From: Candidatus Woesearchaeota archaeon
GTDB lineage: Archaea; Nanobdellota; Nanobdellia; Woesearchaeales; JAZDKJ01
Direction of reading: 5' to 3'
Assembly (NCBI GenBank): GCA_043803105.1
Contig: JAZDKJ010000002.1
Coordinates: 64,001 to 128,000 of the forward strand
Length of the DNA: 64,000 nt
Positions 1-9,128 of this stretch are shown here, piece after piece; position 1 is the stretch's first letter; every line of letters begins with the position of its first letter. A program made the translations under genes and the position numbers. The notes beneath the pieces are model-generated. The model was not told the origin of the DNA and did not search any database. It saw nothing but the letters and a program-made list of their open reading frames with translations.

Positions 1-2
1 AC

Positions 3-986
3 AGCGGCATGTTTGCATTGCGAGATGTAGTTCTTGCAGGTCAGTTCAAAAAGAGTCCTATCAAAGGCAATCTTTCAAGGAAGGATGACGTTGTCAAGGA
101 CCAGGTTGTGCATGAGCTCTCCTTTGTGAACGCAAAGAAAATACAGCCTTTCAAGATAGTTATTGACTCCGCCAATTCAATGGGTGCTGTATATTTCGAC
201 GAGCTGTTCAAGAGCATACCGTGTAAGCTTGTCAGGATGAACTGGGATCTTGACGGAACATTTCCTTCCCACGAGCCAGACCCTCTGAAAGTTGAGAACC
301 TAAAATCCCTTGCTGAGCGGGTGGTAAAAGAGAAAGCCGACCTCGGTATTGCAACAGATGGCGACGCTGACCGCATTTTCTATGTTGACAATGCTGGAAT
401 TCCTGTCGAACCTGGCATCATCAGGGCAATACTGTCCAAATTATTTCTGGCTGACAAGCCTGGCGCAAAGATTGTCTATGACATTCGCCCTGGCAAGATC
501 ACCCCAGAAACTATTCTCAATTCAGGAGGCATCCCAATCATTACTGCTGTGGGCCACTCCCTCATAAAGGAGCGCACCATAAAGGAGAAGGCATACTTTG
601 CCGGCGAGTCATCAGGCCATTTTTTCCTAAACATGGATGAAGGCTGTTATGAAGTGCCTATGCTCGTTACCTTGAAGATTCTCCAGGACCTGTCTTCTTT
701 CGGCCACAGCTTTGCATCTTATGTTTTGCCTTACAAGAAATACTTCCATTCTGGAGAGATTAATTTTGTTGTGAGCGACAAGGATGCTAAGATCCGCGAG
801 ATACGTGAGCGCTACAGTGACGCAAAGCAGTTGGACATTGATGGCATTACTATTGAGTACAAAGATTATTGGTTCAATGTTCGCGCGTCAAACACCGAGC
901 CTCTCTTGCGCTTGAATCTCGAGGCCATTAGCAAGGACCTCATGCAGCAAAAAACAGAAGAACTAAAGAAACTTATTCAGTCATGA
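3..986 (+). CDS. Phosphomannomutase/phosphoglucomutase family (5'-truncated by window edge)
   Basis: Metal-binding DGDADR loop, GESSGH sugar-binding motif and C-terminal VRASNTEP; the frame stays open to the window edge and the catalytic Ser region is absent. Confidence 0.92.
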   Translation, partial: SGMFALRDVVLAGQFKKSPIKGNLSRKDDVVKDQVVHELSFVNAKKIQPFKIVIDSANSMGAVYFDELFKSIPCKLVRMNWDLDGTFPSHEPDPLKVENLKSLAERVVKEKADLGIATDGDADRIFYVDNAGIPVEPGIIRAILSKLFLADKPGAKIVYDIRPGKITPETILNSGGIPIITAVGHSLIKERTIKEKAYFAGESSGHFFLNMDEGCYEVPMLVTLKILQDLSSFGHSFASYVLPYKKYFHSGEINFVVSDKDAKIREIRERYSDAKQLDIDGITIEYKDYWFNVRASNTEPLLRLNLEAISKDLMQQKTEELKKLIQS

Positions 987-1321
987 TGCTTACATGATCG
1001 TTGTTTCTCCCTCAACTTTCTCTCTTCCTTCATCTTCTCTCTAAACTCCCTTTCCCTATCTGCCTTGATCTTTTCTCTCTCAATGTTAAGCATTCGAAGG
1101 TTGAACTCTTTGGTTGATTCCTTCACAAGCTGCTTTTGGTTAGAAATCCAATTGATGTCTTCATTAGAGATTCCTGAAGTATAGGTTGTCCATTTGCCGT
1201 CAGTTTGCATCGTCGGGAAGATCTGGCTGGCAGTTTGTGTCTTCGGCCCGAAAGCCAAAACAAATGAAACAGCTAAACAAAGAAAAAAAACAATAATAAA
1301 AAACCAAACCAACGCTTTCAT
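977..1321 (-). CDS. Hypothetical protein with N-terminal signal/TM helix and charged helical tail
   Basis: 114-aa ORF with a hydrophobic N-terminus, following the upstream minus-strand gene by 7 nt. Confidence 0.6.
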   Translation of the reverse strand: MKALVWFFIIVFFLCLAVSFVLAFGPKTQTASQIFPTMQTDGKWTTYTSGISNEDINWISNQKQLVKESTKEFNLRMLNIEREKIKADREREFREKMKEERKLREKQRSCKHHD

Positions 1322-1328
1322 ATTGCAA

Positions 1329-2426
1329 TTATCTGCTCTTTCTTGCCTGCTTCAAAAGCTGGTAGCATGCAATGGACATTGCACCTGTCCCGATTATTAT
1401 CAATATCACGTTCAAGACAGCCCCCACAATGGGAATTGCGAGAAACGCATAGATTATGAGCAGTGATATCCCTGCAGTCAACACCATTGGCCATGGTCTC
1501 TCAGCGCCAGCAGTGCTTGAAAGCCAATATGCTGTAGCCAATTTTGAGATGTAAATCAGCACAATGTACGAAAACAAAAGGATTACTGCCAAGGGTATTC
1601 CGATAACTGTCACCAAGAAAAGTATCATCGCTATCGGCGCGAGTATAAGCACCAACATTCCTATTCCCACACTAGCCCAGAACTTTCCTGAGACTGTCTT
1701 TCCAACCATCCTCGCATATTTTGGCATTATCAGTATGATCAGGCTGCCCACTATGAACAATGCGACAAAGGCCAATATCCTTCCTGCAAGAGAAGTCCTA
1801 AAGCTTGCAGCCCTGCTGGGCAATACTTGCTTGAATATCTGCCCATTTACAGTCAGCTTGCTCGTGTCCACTGAGTTTCTGCTTGCATAGGTTAAGTCAC
1901 CTTCTACTGTCCCTTTCTCAAGAATTATTTTGTTCCCTGTCAGGAATGCGCTCTTGCCCACAATGCCACCGAACACAATCGTTCCAGCCTTGATGTTTGC
2001 GTTTCCCACTGTTGTTCCAAGGTACTCAACATTTCCTCCCATTATCAGCAAGTCTCCTCCAACAACAGCAGAATCAAGTATTCTCACATTGCCGCCTGCA
2101 ATTATCAGGTCTCCTGTGATCTTGGCGCTGATTTCAACATTGCCGGCGAGAATCTTGACATTGTCGCTTACTTGTTTGCTTATTGAGATTGTCCCGGCCG
2201 CGCATGTGATATCATCTTTTACTGAACCGTCGATGATTACCATGCCTCCTGCGCACGTTAAGTCCCCTTCAATATTGCTTGATATCCTCAGGTCCTGGCC
2301 AGTGACAATCGCATTGTCCTGCACAGCCTGGTCTATTATCACGCGTTGGCCGGTGAAGCTCTTGATTGCAAATGCTGATGATGACAGCATAATCAATAGA
2401 AGTATTATTAGGAACACTCTTTTCAA
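1329..2426 (-). CDS. Secreted beta-helix (bactofilin/polymer-forming-like) repeat protein with C-terminal multi-TM domain
   Basis: Signal peptide, repeated V/IxGDLxxAGGxVxI units, then about 5 TM helices; TTG start preceded by GGAGGTGG. Confidence 0.75.
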   Translation of the reverse strand: MKRVFLIILLLIMLSSSAFAIKSFTGQRVIIDQAVQDNAIVTGQDLRISSNIEGDLTCAGGMVIIDGSVKDDITCAAGTISISKQVSDNVKILAGNVEISAKITGDLIIAGGNVRILDSAVVGGDLLIMGGNVEYLGTTVGNANIKAGTIVFGGIVGKSAFLTGNKIILEKGTVEGDLTYASRNSVDTSKLTVNGQIFKQVLPSRAASFRTSLAGRILAFVALFIVGSLIILIMPKYARMVGKTVSGKFWASVGIGMLVLILAPIAMILFLVTVIGIPLAVILLFSYIVLIYISKLATAYWLSSTAGAERPWPMVLTAGISLLIIYAFLAIPIVGAVLNVILIIIGTGAMSIACYQLLKQARKSR

Positions 2427-2548
2427 GTTTCCACCTCCTAGTAAAAATCATGTGCTACTACTATAATAATATTTGTACAACACAAAATAGCAATTCGAGA
2501 GATAGTTTTCGCACTTGCCTCATTTTCAGTCGAAAAATATGGATTAAA

Positions 2549-2556
2549 TTTATAAA
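2549..2556 (+). promoter_or_regulatory. TATA box of aIF2-gamma
   Basis: TTTATAAA about 23 nt upstream of ATG 2579, consistent with a leaderless or short-leader transcript. Confidence 0.6.
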
Positions 2557-2578
2557 GCGTCTGCTGTTCCTCCTGACC

Positions 2579-3832
2579 ATGGCAAAGAAAGCGAAGCACG
2601 ACGATAATGTCACCTCCAGCCAGCCTGAGATAAACATAGGGCTTGTCGGGCATGTTGACCACGGCAAGACCACCCTGACTGAGAAGTTCTCAGGAAAATG
2701 GACTGATACGCATTCTGAAGAGCTCAAGAGGGGCATAACGATCCGCCTTGGTTACGCAGACGCAATCTTTCGCAAGTGCGTCAAGTGCGATGAGTACACT
2801 GTGAAGGAAAAATGCGAGGTTTGCGGTTCTGAGACCGTGCCCGTAAGGAAAGTGAGCTTTGTTGACGCCCCTGGCCACGAATCTCTTATGGCCACAATGT
2901 TGTCAGGCGCTACCATCATGGACGGAGCTTACCTTCTTATTGCAGCAAACGAGGACTGCCCGCAACCACAGACAAGGGAGCATCTGATGGCCCTTAACAT
3001 CATCGGGATAAAGAATGTTATAATAATCCAGAACAAGGTTGACATGGTAGATGACAAGGAGGCGATGGCTAATTACAAGCAGATTAAGGAATTCCTTAAG
3101 GGCACCAACTATGAGAGCGCGCCTATAGTGCCAGTCTCAGCCCGTTACGGAGTCAATATTGGCGCGATCATTGAGGCAACACAGCAGTTTATTCCCACTC
3201 CCAAAAGAGATCCTGACAAGAACCCAATCCTTTTGGTTGCACGAAGCTTTGATATCAACAAGCCAGGTATCGACGGTACCAAGATTGTAGGTGGTGTTCT
3301 TGGCGGCGCCCTGATGCAAGGCACCTTAAAGGTAGGCGACCAGATAGAGTTGCGTCCAGGCCATGAGATTGAGCACCGCAACCAGAAAGTCTATGAGCCC
3401 TTGACCACAAAGGTTGTGGGGTTAATGACTGGCAACCTGAAGGTTGAACAGATTTTCCCGGGAGGATCTGTCGGTGTGCTTACGTCTCTTGACCCCTCTG
3501 TTGCAAAATCAGATTTTCTTACAGGCTCGGTTGCAGGTTTGCCTGACTTGCTTCCGGCCACAAGGCACAACCTTTTGCTTGAGATAAACCTCCTACAGCG
3601 CGTTGTGGGAGCAAAAGATGATCTTCTTGTCGAGCAGATAAAGCTTGGCGAGACACTGATGCTCAATGTGAATGCAGCAGCTACTGTTGGCATAGTAAAG
3701 ACCCTGAAAAAAGAGCTTATCGAGTTCTCACTGAAGCTTCCTGTCTGCGCTGACCCGGGTGCCAGGGTTACCTTGTCAAGAAGGATTGACAACCGCTGGC
3801 GGCTTATCGGTTACGGCATTATCAGGGAATGA
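2579..3832 (+). CDS. eif2g: Translation initiation factor aIF2 subunit gamma
   Basis: GHVDHGKT, RGITIRLGY, Zn knuckle, DAPGHE, NKVD and C-terminal WRLIGYG; start moved to MAKKAK. Confidence 0.97.
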   Translation: MAKKAKHDDNVTSSQPEINIGLVGHVDHGKTTLTEKFSGKWTDTHSEELKRGITIRLGYADAIFRKCVKCDEYTVKEKCEVCGSETVPVRKVSFVDAPGHESLMATMLSGATIMDGAYLLIAANEDCPQPQTREHLMALNIIGIKNVIIIQNKVDMVDDKEAMANYKQIKEFLKGTNYESAPIVPVSARYGVNIGAIIEATQQFIPTPKRDPDKNPILLVARSFDINKPGIDGTKIVGGVLGGALMQGTLKVGDQIELRPGHEIEHRNQKVYEPLTTKVVGLMTGNLKVEQIFPGGSVGVLTSLDPSVAKSDFLTGSVAGLPDLLPATRHNLLLEINLLQRVVGAKDDLLVEQIKLGETLMLNVNAAATVGIVKTLKKELIEFSLKLPVCADPGARVTLSRRIDNRWRLIGYGIIRE

Positions 3833-3924
3833 ATGAACATTCCTTTCTTTTTAACCGCTAAGAGCAAGAAAGTTTTATCCTGCAGTATTAACAGTTCTTC
3901 AGGACGTGTTGCTGGTGCGTAGAC

Positions 3925-4113
3925 TTAATCGCTCCATCCCATCAGGATGAATATGAGGCCAATAACTGCTATTATCAGTCCCAAGCCTCCCTTTACTATG
4001 TCCCACAAGAAAGTCCACCAGTTTAAAGGTGGGAGATATGTCCAGATTCCGACCAGAATCAATATGAGTCCTAAAACAATCTTTGCAAATTTGCCAGCGT
4101 AGCCTTTTGCCAT
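3925..4113 (-). CDS. Small two-TM membrane protein
   Basis: 62 aa with two hydrophobic segments; GGGGGA ribosome-binding-like site upstream. Confidence 0.7.
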   Translation of the reverse strand: MAKGYAGKFAKIVLGLILILVGIWTYLPPLNWWTFLWDIVKGGLGLIIAVIGLIFILMGWSD

Positions 4114-4206
4114 TTTATCCCCCCATTTTGTTTATTATCATAGCTTATGAAGCGCAGCTTTTAAATTTTTCTAACTTTGCTCGCTCTGGAAGAGCGCACC
4201 ATTGAT

Positions 4207-4713
4207 TTAGTCCAACATCTTTTTTCCGTCAGCAGCAAATGTTGTCTCATCATACGCTTTTCCAAACTCTCCTGAGAAATCATACGCCGCCTGCCTGCAT
4301 CTTGCGCAATATGAATCTATGGGAAGGTATTCGTTGCTCACGATTCGCTCGCCGTGAGCCAATTTTCTCCCGATGAACAGTACTGCAGTCCCGACCTCTT
4401 CTCCCGTCATGAAATCCTGTACTGCGACCTCTTTTGTGTAATATATCTTTTCCCTTATCTTAAGCTTCTCATACTCAGCCTCTGTTGCGTCAAACATTGC
4501 AGCATTAAGCTTCGCACCTGGCTGTTCCTCTACGTTTAGAATTGCCACATGGTTGTCTTGTTCCCTGACTTTGTACATCTTGAGAAGTCCTGATTTGATA
4601 TTGCAGATCCTTCGGTAGCCCTGTACCCATATCAGTTTTACCTTTTTTGCGGAGACTGTCTTTTGCAGCGATTCTGGAATCATCAAGCTTCCGTAACCAA
4701 TGACGTTAATCAT
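4207..4713 (-). CDS. Gamma-glutamylcyclotransferase-like (GGCT/ChaC) protein
   Basis: N-terminal GYGSL motif, GYRR and L..RE..Y motif. Confidence 0.75.
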   Translation of the reverse strand: MINVIGYGSLMIPESLQKTVSAKKVKLIWVQGYRRICNIKSGLLKMYKVREQDNHVAILNVEEQPGAKLNAAMFDATEAEYEKLKIREKIYYTKEVAVQDFMTGEEVGTAVLFIGRKLAHGERIVSNEYLPIDSYCARCRQAAYDFSGEFGKAYDETTFAADGKKMLD

Positions 4714-5110
4714 TTTTTATTGCATTCTTTTCGCACACAAAAGCGCAATAATGGTCGCCTTGGCATTTGCTCTTGTTCTTTATCTGCACAAAGAATTTTC
4801 CGCTCTGCTCTGTTATTATAAGGTTGTGTTCGGGGCACACTGCAACGCATTTTTCGCACCCGTCGCATTCGCTTGCTAGCACTCCTGATACTATACTTCC
4901 TGCACCTTTTATCTTGATTGCCTTTTTGCCGCAAAGCACTATGCATTGCCCGCAGTTGTCGCACTTCTCTATGTTGACTGCATCAGAGACTATCTTTCCT
5001 TTTTTGTCGACTATCTCAAACACTGCCTTGTTGCAGACCTCCACGCACTTGCCGCATGCGACGCACTTTTCCTGGTCAACCCCCTGCAGCTTAGAAGAAG
5101 CCTTGCTCAT
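4706..5110 (-). CDS. Polyferredoxin (up to four 4Fe-4S motifs)
   Basis: Three CxxCxxCxxxC motifs plus one variant CQGDHYCAFVC. Confidence 0.88.
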   Translation of the reverse strand: MSKASSKLQGVDQEKCVACGKCVEVCNKAVFEIVDKKGKIVSDAVNIEKCDNCGQCIVLCGKKAIKIKGAGSIVSGVLASECDGCEKCVAVCPEHNLIITEQSGKFFVQIKNKSKCQGDHYCAFVCEKNAIKND

Positions 5111-5188
5111 AACTAAAAGACAAAAAATATTACTATTTAAAGTTACTGTTTAATGAAAAAGAATAAATAATTTGAGAAAGAAAAAAAT

Positions 5189-6085
5189 CTACTTGAATCC
5201 CTTTATCTTCAGCTTTTGTATGAGTTCGCTTGTCCTGTTGCGCAGCGTGACCTCAGTTATTTTCGCTGCATCAGACATCTCTAGCTGTGTTCTCTTTTCC
5301 TTGTTTAGCCTCGATGCAACGTACAGGGATGAAATCGCAATGCTGATCGGCGTCTTTCCCGACAAGAGCTGTTTCTTTTCCGCGTTCTTGATTATCTCCG
5401 CAGCCTTCACCTGAGTCTTTGGAGAAAGCTTGAGCGTTGAGCACAGTTTTGGCAGAAAATTCATCGGGTCCTGGGGCTTTGATTTTACTCCAAGCCTTGC
5501 GATTACGTATTTGTACGCCTTCATTATCTCCTTCTTGTCCACTCCAGATGAGTAGGACACTTCATAGAGGGTTTTTGGCGCCTCATAGATCTTGCACGCT
5601 GCGTATATGGATGCTGCAACTACCTTTTCTATTCCCCTTCCCCTTATTAGCCCCTTATGGACTGCAAGTGTGTATATCCTCGAAGACTCTTCGACTATTA
5701 CCCCAGAAAGTCCAAGCACTGATGTTACCCTCTTTATCTCAGATAATGCAAGATTCAGGTTTCTCTCCATGGACGTAGCTGACCTTCTCTGCCATTTTTT
5801 TAGCCTGAAGAATTTTCCCCTGTCAGCGCTCCGCATGGAGTAAATGTCAGTGGTTGAGCCTACTTCTGTAGCGATTTCAGGTGAAGAATATCTTATCGGC
5901 GCTCCTACCCTGCTTTTCTGTCCATCGTCAGAATCCTCAAATTCTCTCCATTCAGGGCCAAAGTCCACTAGTTTTTCATCTATTACGAGTCCGCAGCTCC
6001 TGCAGATTATTTCTCCTTTTTCCTTGTTCCAGAGAGGGTTTGTTACACCGCACTCAGGGCATTTGAATTTTGCAGCTTCAATCAT
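5189..6085 (-). CDS. tfb: Transcription initiation factor IIB (TFB)
   Basis: N-terminal Zn ribbon CPECG...CRSCG, GPEWREF B-reader, two cyclin repeats ending TEVTLRNR. Confidence 0.95.
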   Translation of the reverse strand: MIEAAKFKCPECGVTNPLWNKEKGEIICRSCGLVIDEKLVDFGPEWREFEDSDDGQKSRVGAPIRYSSPEIATEVGSTTDIYSMRSADRGKFFRLKKWQRRSATSMERNLNLALSEIKRVTSVLGLSGVIVEESSRIYTLAVHKGLIRGRGIEKVVAASIYAACKIYEAPKTLYEVSYSSGVDKKEIMKAYKYVIARLGVKSKPQDPMNFLPKLCSTLKLSPKTQVKAAEIIKNAEKKQLLSGKTPISIAISSLYVASRLNKEKRTQLEMSDAAKITEVTLRNRTSELIQKLKIKGFK

Positions 6086-6258
6086 TCTTTACCTCAGTTT
6101 AAAGGCCTGACAAGCCTATACTACCACCAGAATCTGCCTTTTTTTACCAAACACGAACCTATAAATATGTTACTACTAGCTAGTATATAAACTTTTCGTT
6201 TAATAATGATTATAGCTCACTGAAGCACGATGCAAGAATCAACAAATCGCTTAACCTA

Positions 6259-6333
6259 CTACTCGGCTCCGCAGCACCGTTTGTATGGTTCGCCTGAACC
6301 GCAAGGACACAGTTCTTCTTCTTCGGAATCCAT
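6259..6333 (-). CDS. Stand-alone SEC-C motif micropeptide (24 aa), not in ORF track
   Basis: Manual translation MDSEEEELCPCGSGEPYKRCCGAE matches the SecA C-terminal CPCGSGxxYKxCC motif; GGGGT RBS-like site and TTTATATA upstream on the minus strand. Confidence 0.75.
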   Translation of the reverse strand: MDSEEEELCPCGSGEPYKRCCGAE

Positions 6334-6394
6334 CCAATACCCCATACTGTAATATGTTCCGAAAGTATATAAAGATTTGGTTTCAGAACCTGCT

Positions 6395-6559
6395 TTACTC
6401 GGCGAGCTCAACCACTTCCTTGGTGCCTCGATAACCGCACCTAAGGCATTTTGTCTGGTTCAGGTTCTGCACCTGGATGCGCCTGCCGCAGCTCATGCAC
6501 CTGATGACCTTCTTAACGCCACTAATCTTCTCAAAGACCATCTTTTTTGATTTGTTCAT
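6395..6559 (-). CDS. Small Zn-ribbon protein (54 aa), not in ORF track
   Basis: Manual translation MNKSKKMVFEKISGVKKVIRCMSCGRRIQVQNLNQTKCLRCGYRGTKEVVELAE with two CxxCG knuckles. Confidence 0.65.
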   Translation of the reverse strand: MNKSKKMVFEKISGVKKVIRCMSCGRRIQVQNLNQTKCLRCGYRGTKEVVELAE

Positions 6560-6680
6560 AACTTGTTGCAAGATTGTCTTATATTTATTTGTTGCTTAAT
6601 CAAATTAAATCAAAGGTTTAATCAATCAAGATGATTTTTATTACGCAAATTTTATATAATCATCTAACTTACTTGAATGC

Positions 6681-7316
6681 ATGAAACATGTTGTTATTGC
6701 CATTGCAAGTAATCACATGGACTCCCTTTTTATAGGGATCCGAGAGTTTCCCACCGAAAGGATCATTCTTCTGGCGCTAGAGCATGATATTGACACAGCT
6801 CATAAAGCTATTGAGGATATAAAGAAATTCAATATCCCAGTGAGGATTGTGGAGCTCAAGGGTGATATCTGGCTTGAGTGCTTTAGGGCCGTGGCAGAAA
6901 TAAAGAAGTTCGAGGATGAGGACAAGCTTCTTATTAACGTTGCCACTGTTGACTGTCCGCTTGGATGCGCTCTTACAAGCGCTGCCTTTGTGAATGGCAT
7001 TAAGGCCTTCACCATAGTCAATAATGAGGTGGTTTTCCTGCCAATCCTTAAGTTCTCGTATTATAAGATGCTCACTGACAGGAAGATGGAGATCTTGAAG
7101 ACAATTTATAGGAAGCAGACCTGCTGTGCCTCGCTTGAAGAACTTGGCAGGGAGCTGAAGATGAGCCTTCCTCTCGTTTCCTATCATATAAACGGCACTC
7201 CTAAAAGCGACGGCTTGAAAAAACTTGGCCTTATTGAAACCACTGAGAAGAAAGGCAGGATTGATGTCAAGCTCAGTACTATGGGGAGGCTCATTGTCAA
7301 GGGCTACGTTGACTAG
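6681..7316 (+). CDS. Transcriptional regulator with CARF-like Rossmann N-domain and C-terminal wHTH (DUF6293/Csa3-like architecture)
   Basis: N-terminal beta-alpha pattern (HVVIA...ERIILL...LLINVAT...ALTSAAFVNG); C-terminal SLEELGRELKMSLPLVSYHI...GLI wHTH; TTTATATA upstream. Confidence 0.7.
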   Translation: MKHVVIAIASNHMDSLFIGIREFPTERIILLALEHDIDTAHKAIEDIKKFNIPVRIVELKGDIWLECFRAVAEIKKFEDEDKLLINVATVDCPLGCALTSAAFVNGIKAFTIVNNEVVFLPILKFSYYKMLTDRKMEILKTIYRKQTCCASLEELGRELKMSLPLVSYHINGTPKSDGLKKLGLIETTEKKGRIDVKLSTMGRLIVKGYVD

Positions 7317-7339
7317 AGAAACCATATTCTGCGTTTACA

Positions 7340-7780
7340 ATGATTAATTTCTCCGATGGCATTAATAATCTGCTTGCAAGGTTGCTTCCAAGACCCCAGC
7401 CTGTACGCAGTATTCTCTTAAAGCAATCTGTCGTCTTAGACATCATTCAATTTGCAAAATCTAACTTTCCAAAGGAGTTCGTCGCTGTCTTGCAGGGCAG
7501 GATTGTTCAAGGCACTGTGACTGTCACAGGCATTATTTATCAACCATATGTCTCAGCCAGGTCAACTGCTATTATGCAGATGAACCTTCCGATGCTATCT
7601 GATTCTGTGGGCTCTGTTCATAGCCACCCTTCAGCATCAAACCAGCCCTCTGACCAGGACCTGCAGTTTTTTGGCAAAAGAGGCATTGTCAATCTGATAA
7701 TTGCTTATCCTTTTAACCCAAATACCCTTGCCTGTTATGATCGGTACGGGAATAGGATGGATTTCTCAATTGTCTCTTAG
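7340..7780 (+). CDS. JAMM/MPN+ (Mov34) metalloprotease
   Basis: E...HSHP....PS..D JAMM motif (PKEF; SVHSHPSASNQPSDQDL). Confidence 0.9.
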   Translation: MINFSDGINNLLARLLPRPQPVRSILLKQSVVLDIIQFAKSNFPKEFVAVLQGRIVQGTVTVTGIIYQPYVSARSTAIMQMNLPMLSDSVGSVHSHPSASNQPSDQDLQFFGKRGIVNLIIAYPFNPNTLACYDRYGNRMDFSIVS

Positions 7781-8515
7781 GGCAGAGGCGAGGTACAGGC
7801 GTGAGAGAGTGAGCAGTGGCAGCACAATAACCAACTGTATTATGAAGGTGGTTGCGCCGCTTGCTCTCCCGAGCACGAGCGATATAAGCAAGAATGCAGC
7901 GGCAATCAGGGCATAATGAGGGATTATGCCTATTATGTTTCTTTTCGAAAATGTCCCCCTCATTGTTTTCTTGAATGACTTTTCGGTTTTGATGTACGAA
8001 ATGCCTGCAAAGAAGATAATCACAAGAAGGTAGATGAAAAGAAAAGTATTTGCAGTTGTCTGTGCCTGTTTTGTTATCGTCTCTCTGATGCTCACAAGAA
8101 GACCTGCAAGACTGTAAATCGTATAATTGATTCCCCAAACCAGGCTGGTCAGAGTAAATGCTATCATGTAAGAAGAGTAGTTCTCTCTCTTGACAAGCTG
8201 TCTGCACAGCCACCAGGCTGTTCCCTGGAATATTGTGTATAGGAGGAATAGGATTATGATTGCTGCAACTATCAGCATCACAAGCAGTGGAAAATACTCT
8301 GATTGGAATCCCAGGTTGTGTATCATGTCCACTCCGCTTGCTGACAAGTATTCCACTATCTTTGCAATTAACCCAGATTGGACAAAACCTAAGAGAAAGA
8401 AAAAGACTGCGTCCACCGCGATTGGAGCAATCAGCCTTGTGCCTTGCTGCCTCACGATAGCTGAGGTATACAATATGCTCGAGATGATCTCATTTTGCAG
8501 ACTTCGCAAGCTCAC
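7766..8515 (-). CDS. Hypothetical polytopic membrane protein
   Basis: About 6 hydrophobic segments; overlaps the upstream DsbA gene. Confidence 0.7.
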   Translation of the reverse strand: MSLRSLQNEIISSILYTSAIVRQQGTRLIAPIAVDAVFFFLLGFVQSGLIAKIVEYLSASGVDMIHNLGFQSEYFPLLVMLIVAAIIILFLLYTIFQGTAWWLCRQLVKRENYSSYMIAFTLTSLVWGINYTIYSLAGLLVSIRETITKQAQTTANTFLFIYLLVIIFFAGISYIKTEKSFKKTMRGTFSKRNIIGIIPHYALIAAAFLLISLVLGRASGATTFIIQLVIVLPLLTLSRLYLASALRDN

Positions 8516-9110
8516 TCTCTATCACCTGTTGGAAGTCTGTTGTCGGCTGCGCACCCACTATCTGCTTGTCATTCACAAAGAATGTTGGGGTGCCTTGCAC
8601 TCCTAGGCTTACGCCTTCCCTGTAGTCTGCCTGTACCACATCTGATTTCTCGCCGCTGTCAAGGCAGCCGTCAAACCTTGACGCATTAAGTTCCAGATCT
8701 TGCGCAAATTGCTTGAGCCTCTCTACCCCCAGGTTGTTCTGGTTCTCGAACAGCAGGTAGCTGTACTCCCAGAATTTTCCCTGGTCTCTTGCGCATTCGC
8801 TTGCCTCAGCAGCCTTTTCAGAGCCTTGATGGATTGGGAAATGCTTGAACTCGAAATTGATTCTTCCTGCATATATCCCTTGCAGTTCTCTTATAGTCTC
8901 CGATGCTCTTGAACAATATGGGCACTCAAAGTCTGAGAATTCTGTTAATGTTACTCCTCCCTCGACATAGGTCATATTAACGATAGGTACAGCGTTAGGA
9001 AGGCTTGGTGTGGGGAAGAACCTTCCAATGTTAAGCACAAAGAGCACTATTCCACTAACCACTATCAGTTCTATAATGATTACAAAGGCATCTTTTGTCT
9101 TGTTGTTCAT
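8490..9110 (-). CDS. Membrane-anchored DsbA-family thiol-disulfide oxidoreductase
   Basis: N-terminal TM, FSDFECPYC, HFPI and GVQGTPTFFVN. Confidence 0.92.
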   Translation of the reverse strand: MNNKTKDAFVIIIELIVVSGIVLFVLNIGRFFPTPSLPNAVPIVNMTYVEGGVTLTEFSDFECPYCSRASETIRELQGIYAGRINFEFKHFPIHQGSEKAAEASECARDQGKFWEYSYLLFENQNNLGVERLKQFAQDLELNASRFDGCLDSGEKSDVVQADYREGVSLGVQGTPTFFVNDKQIVGAQPTTDFQQVIESELAKSAK

Positions 9111-9128
9111 AATAAGAAAAAAAAATAT

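Noticed and set aside
2450-2578. N-terminal extension of aIF2-gamma in the ORF track
   Set aside because: The extension contains the TATA box; the real start is ATG 2579
6395-6559. Assignment as RNA polymerase subunit P (Rpo12)
   Set aside because: Knuckle spacing and CGYR resemble it, but the conserved (I/V)LxKxR tail is missing
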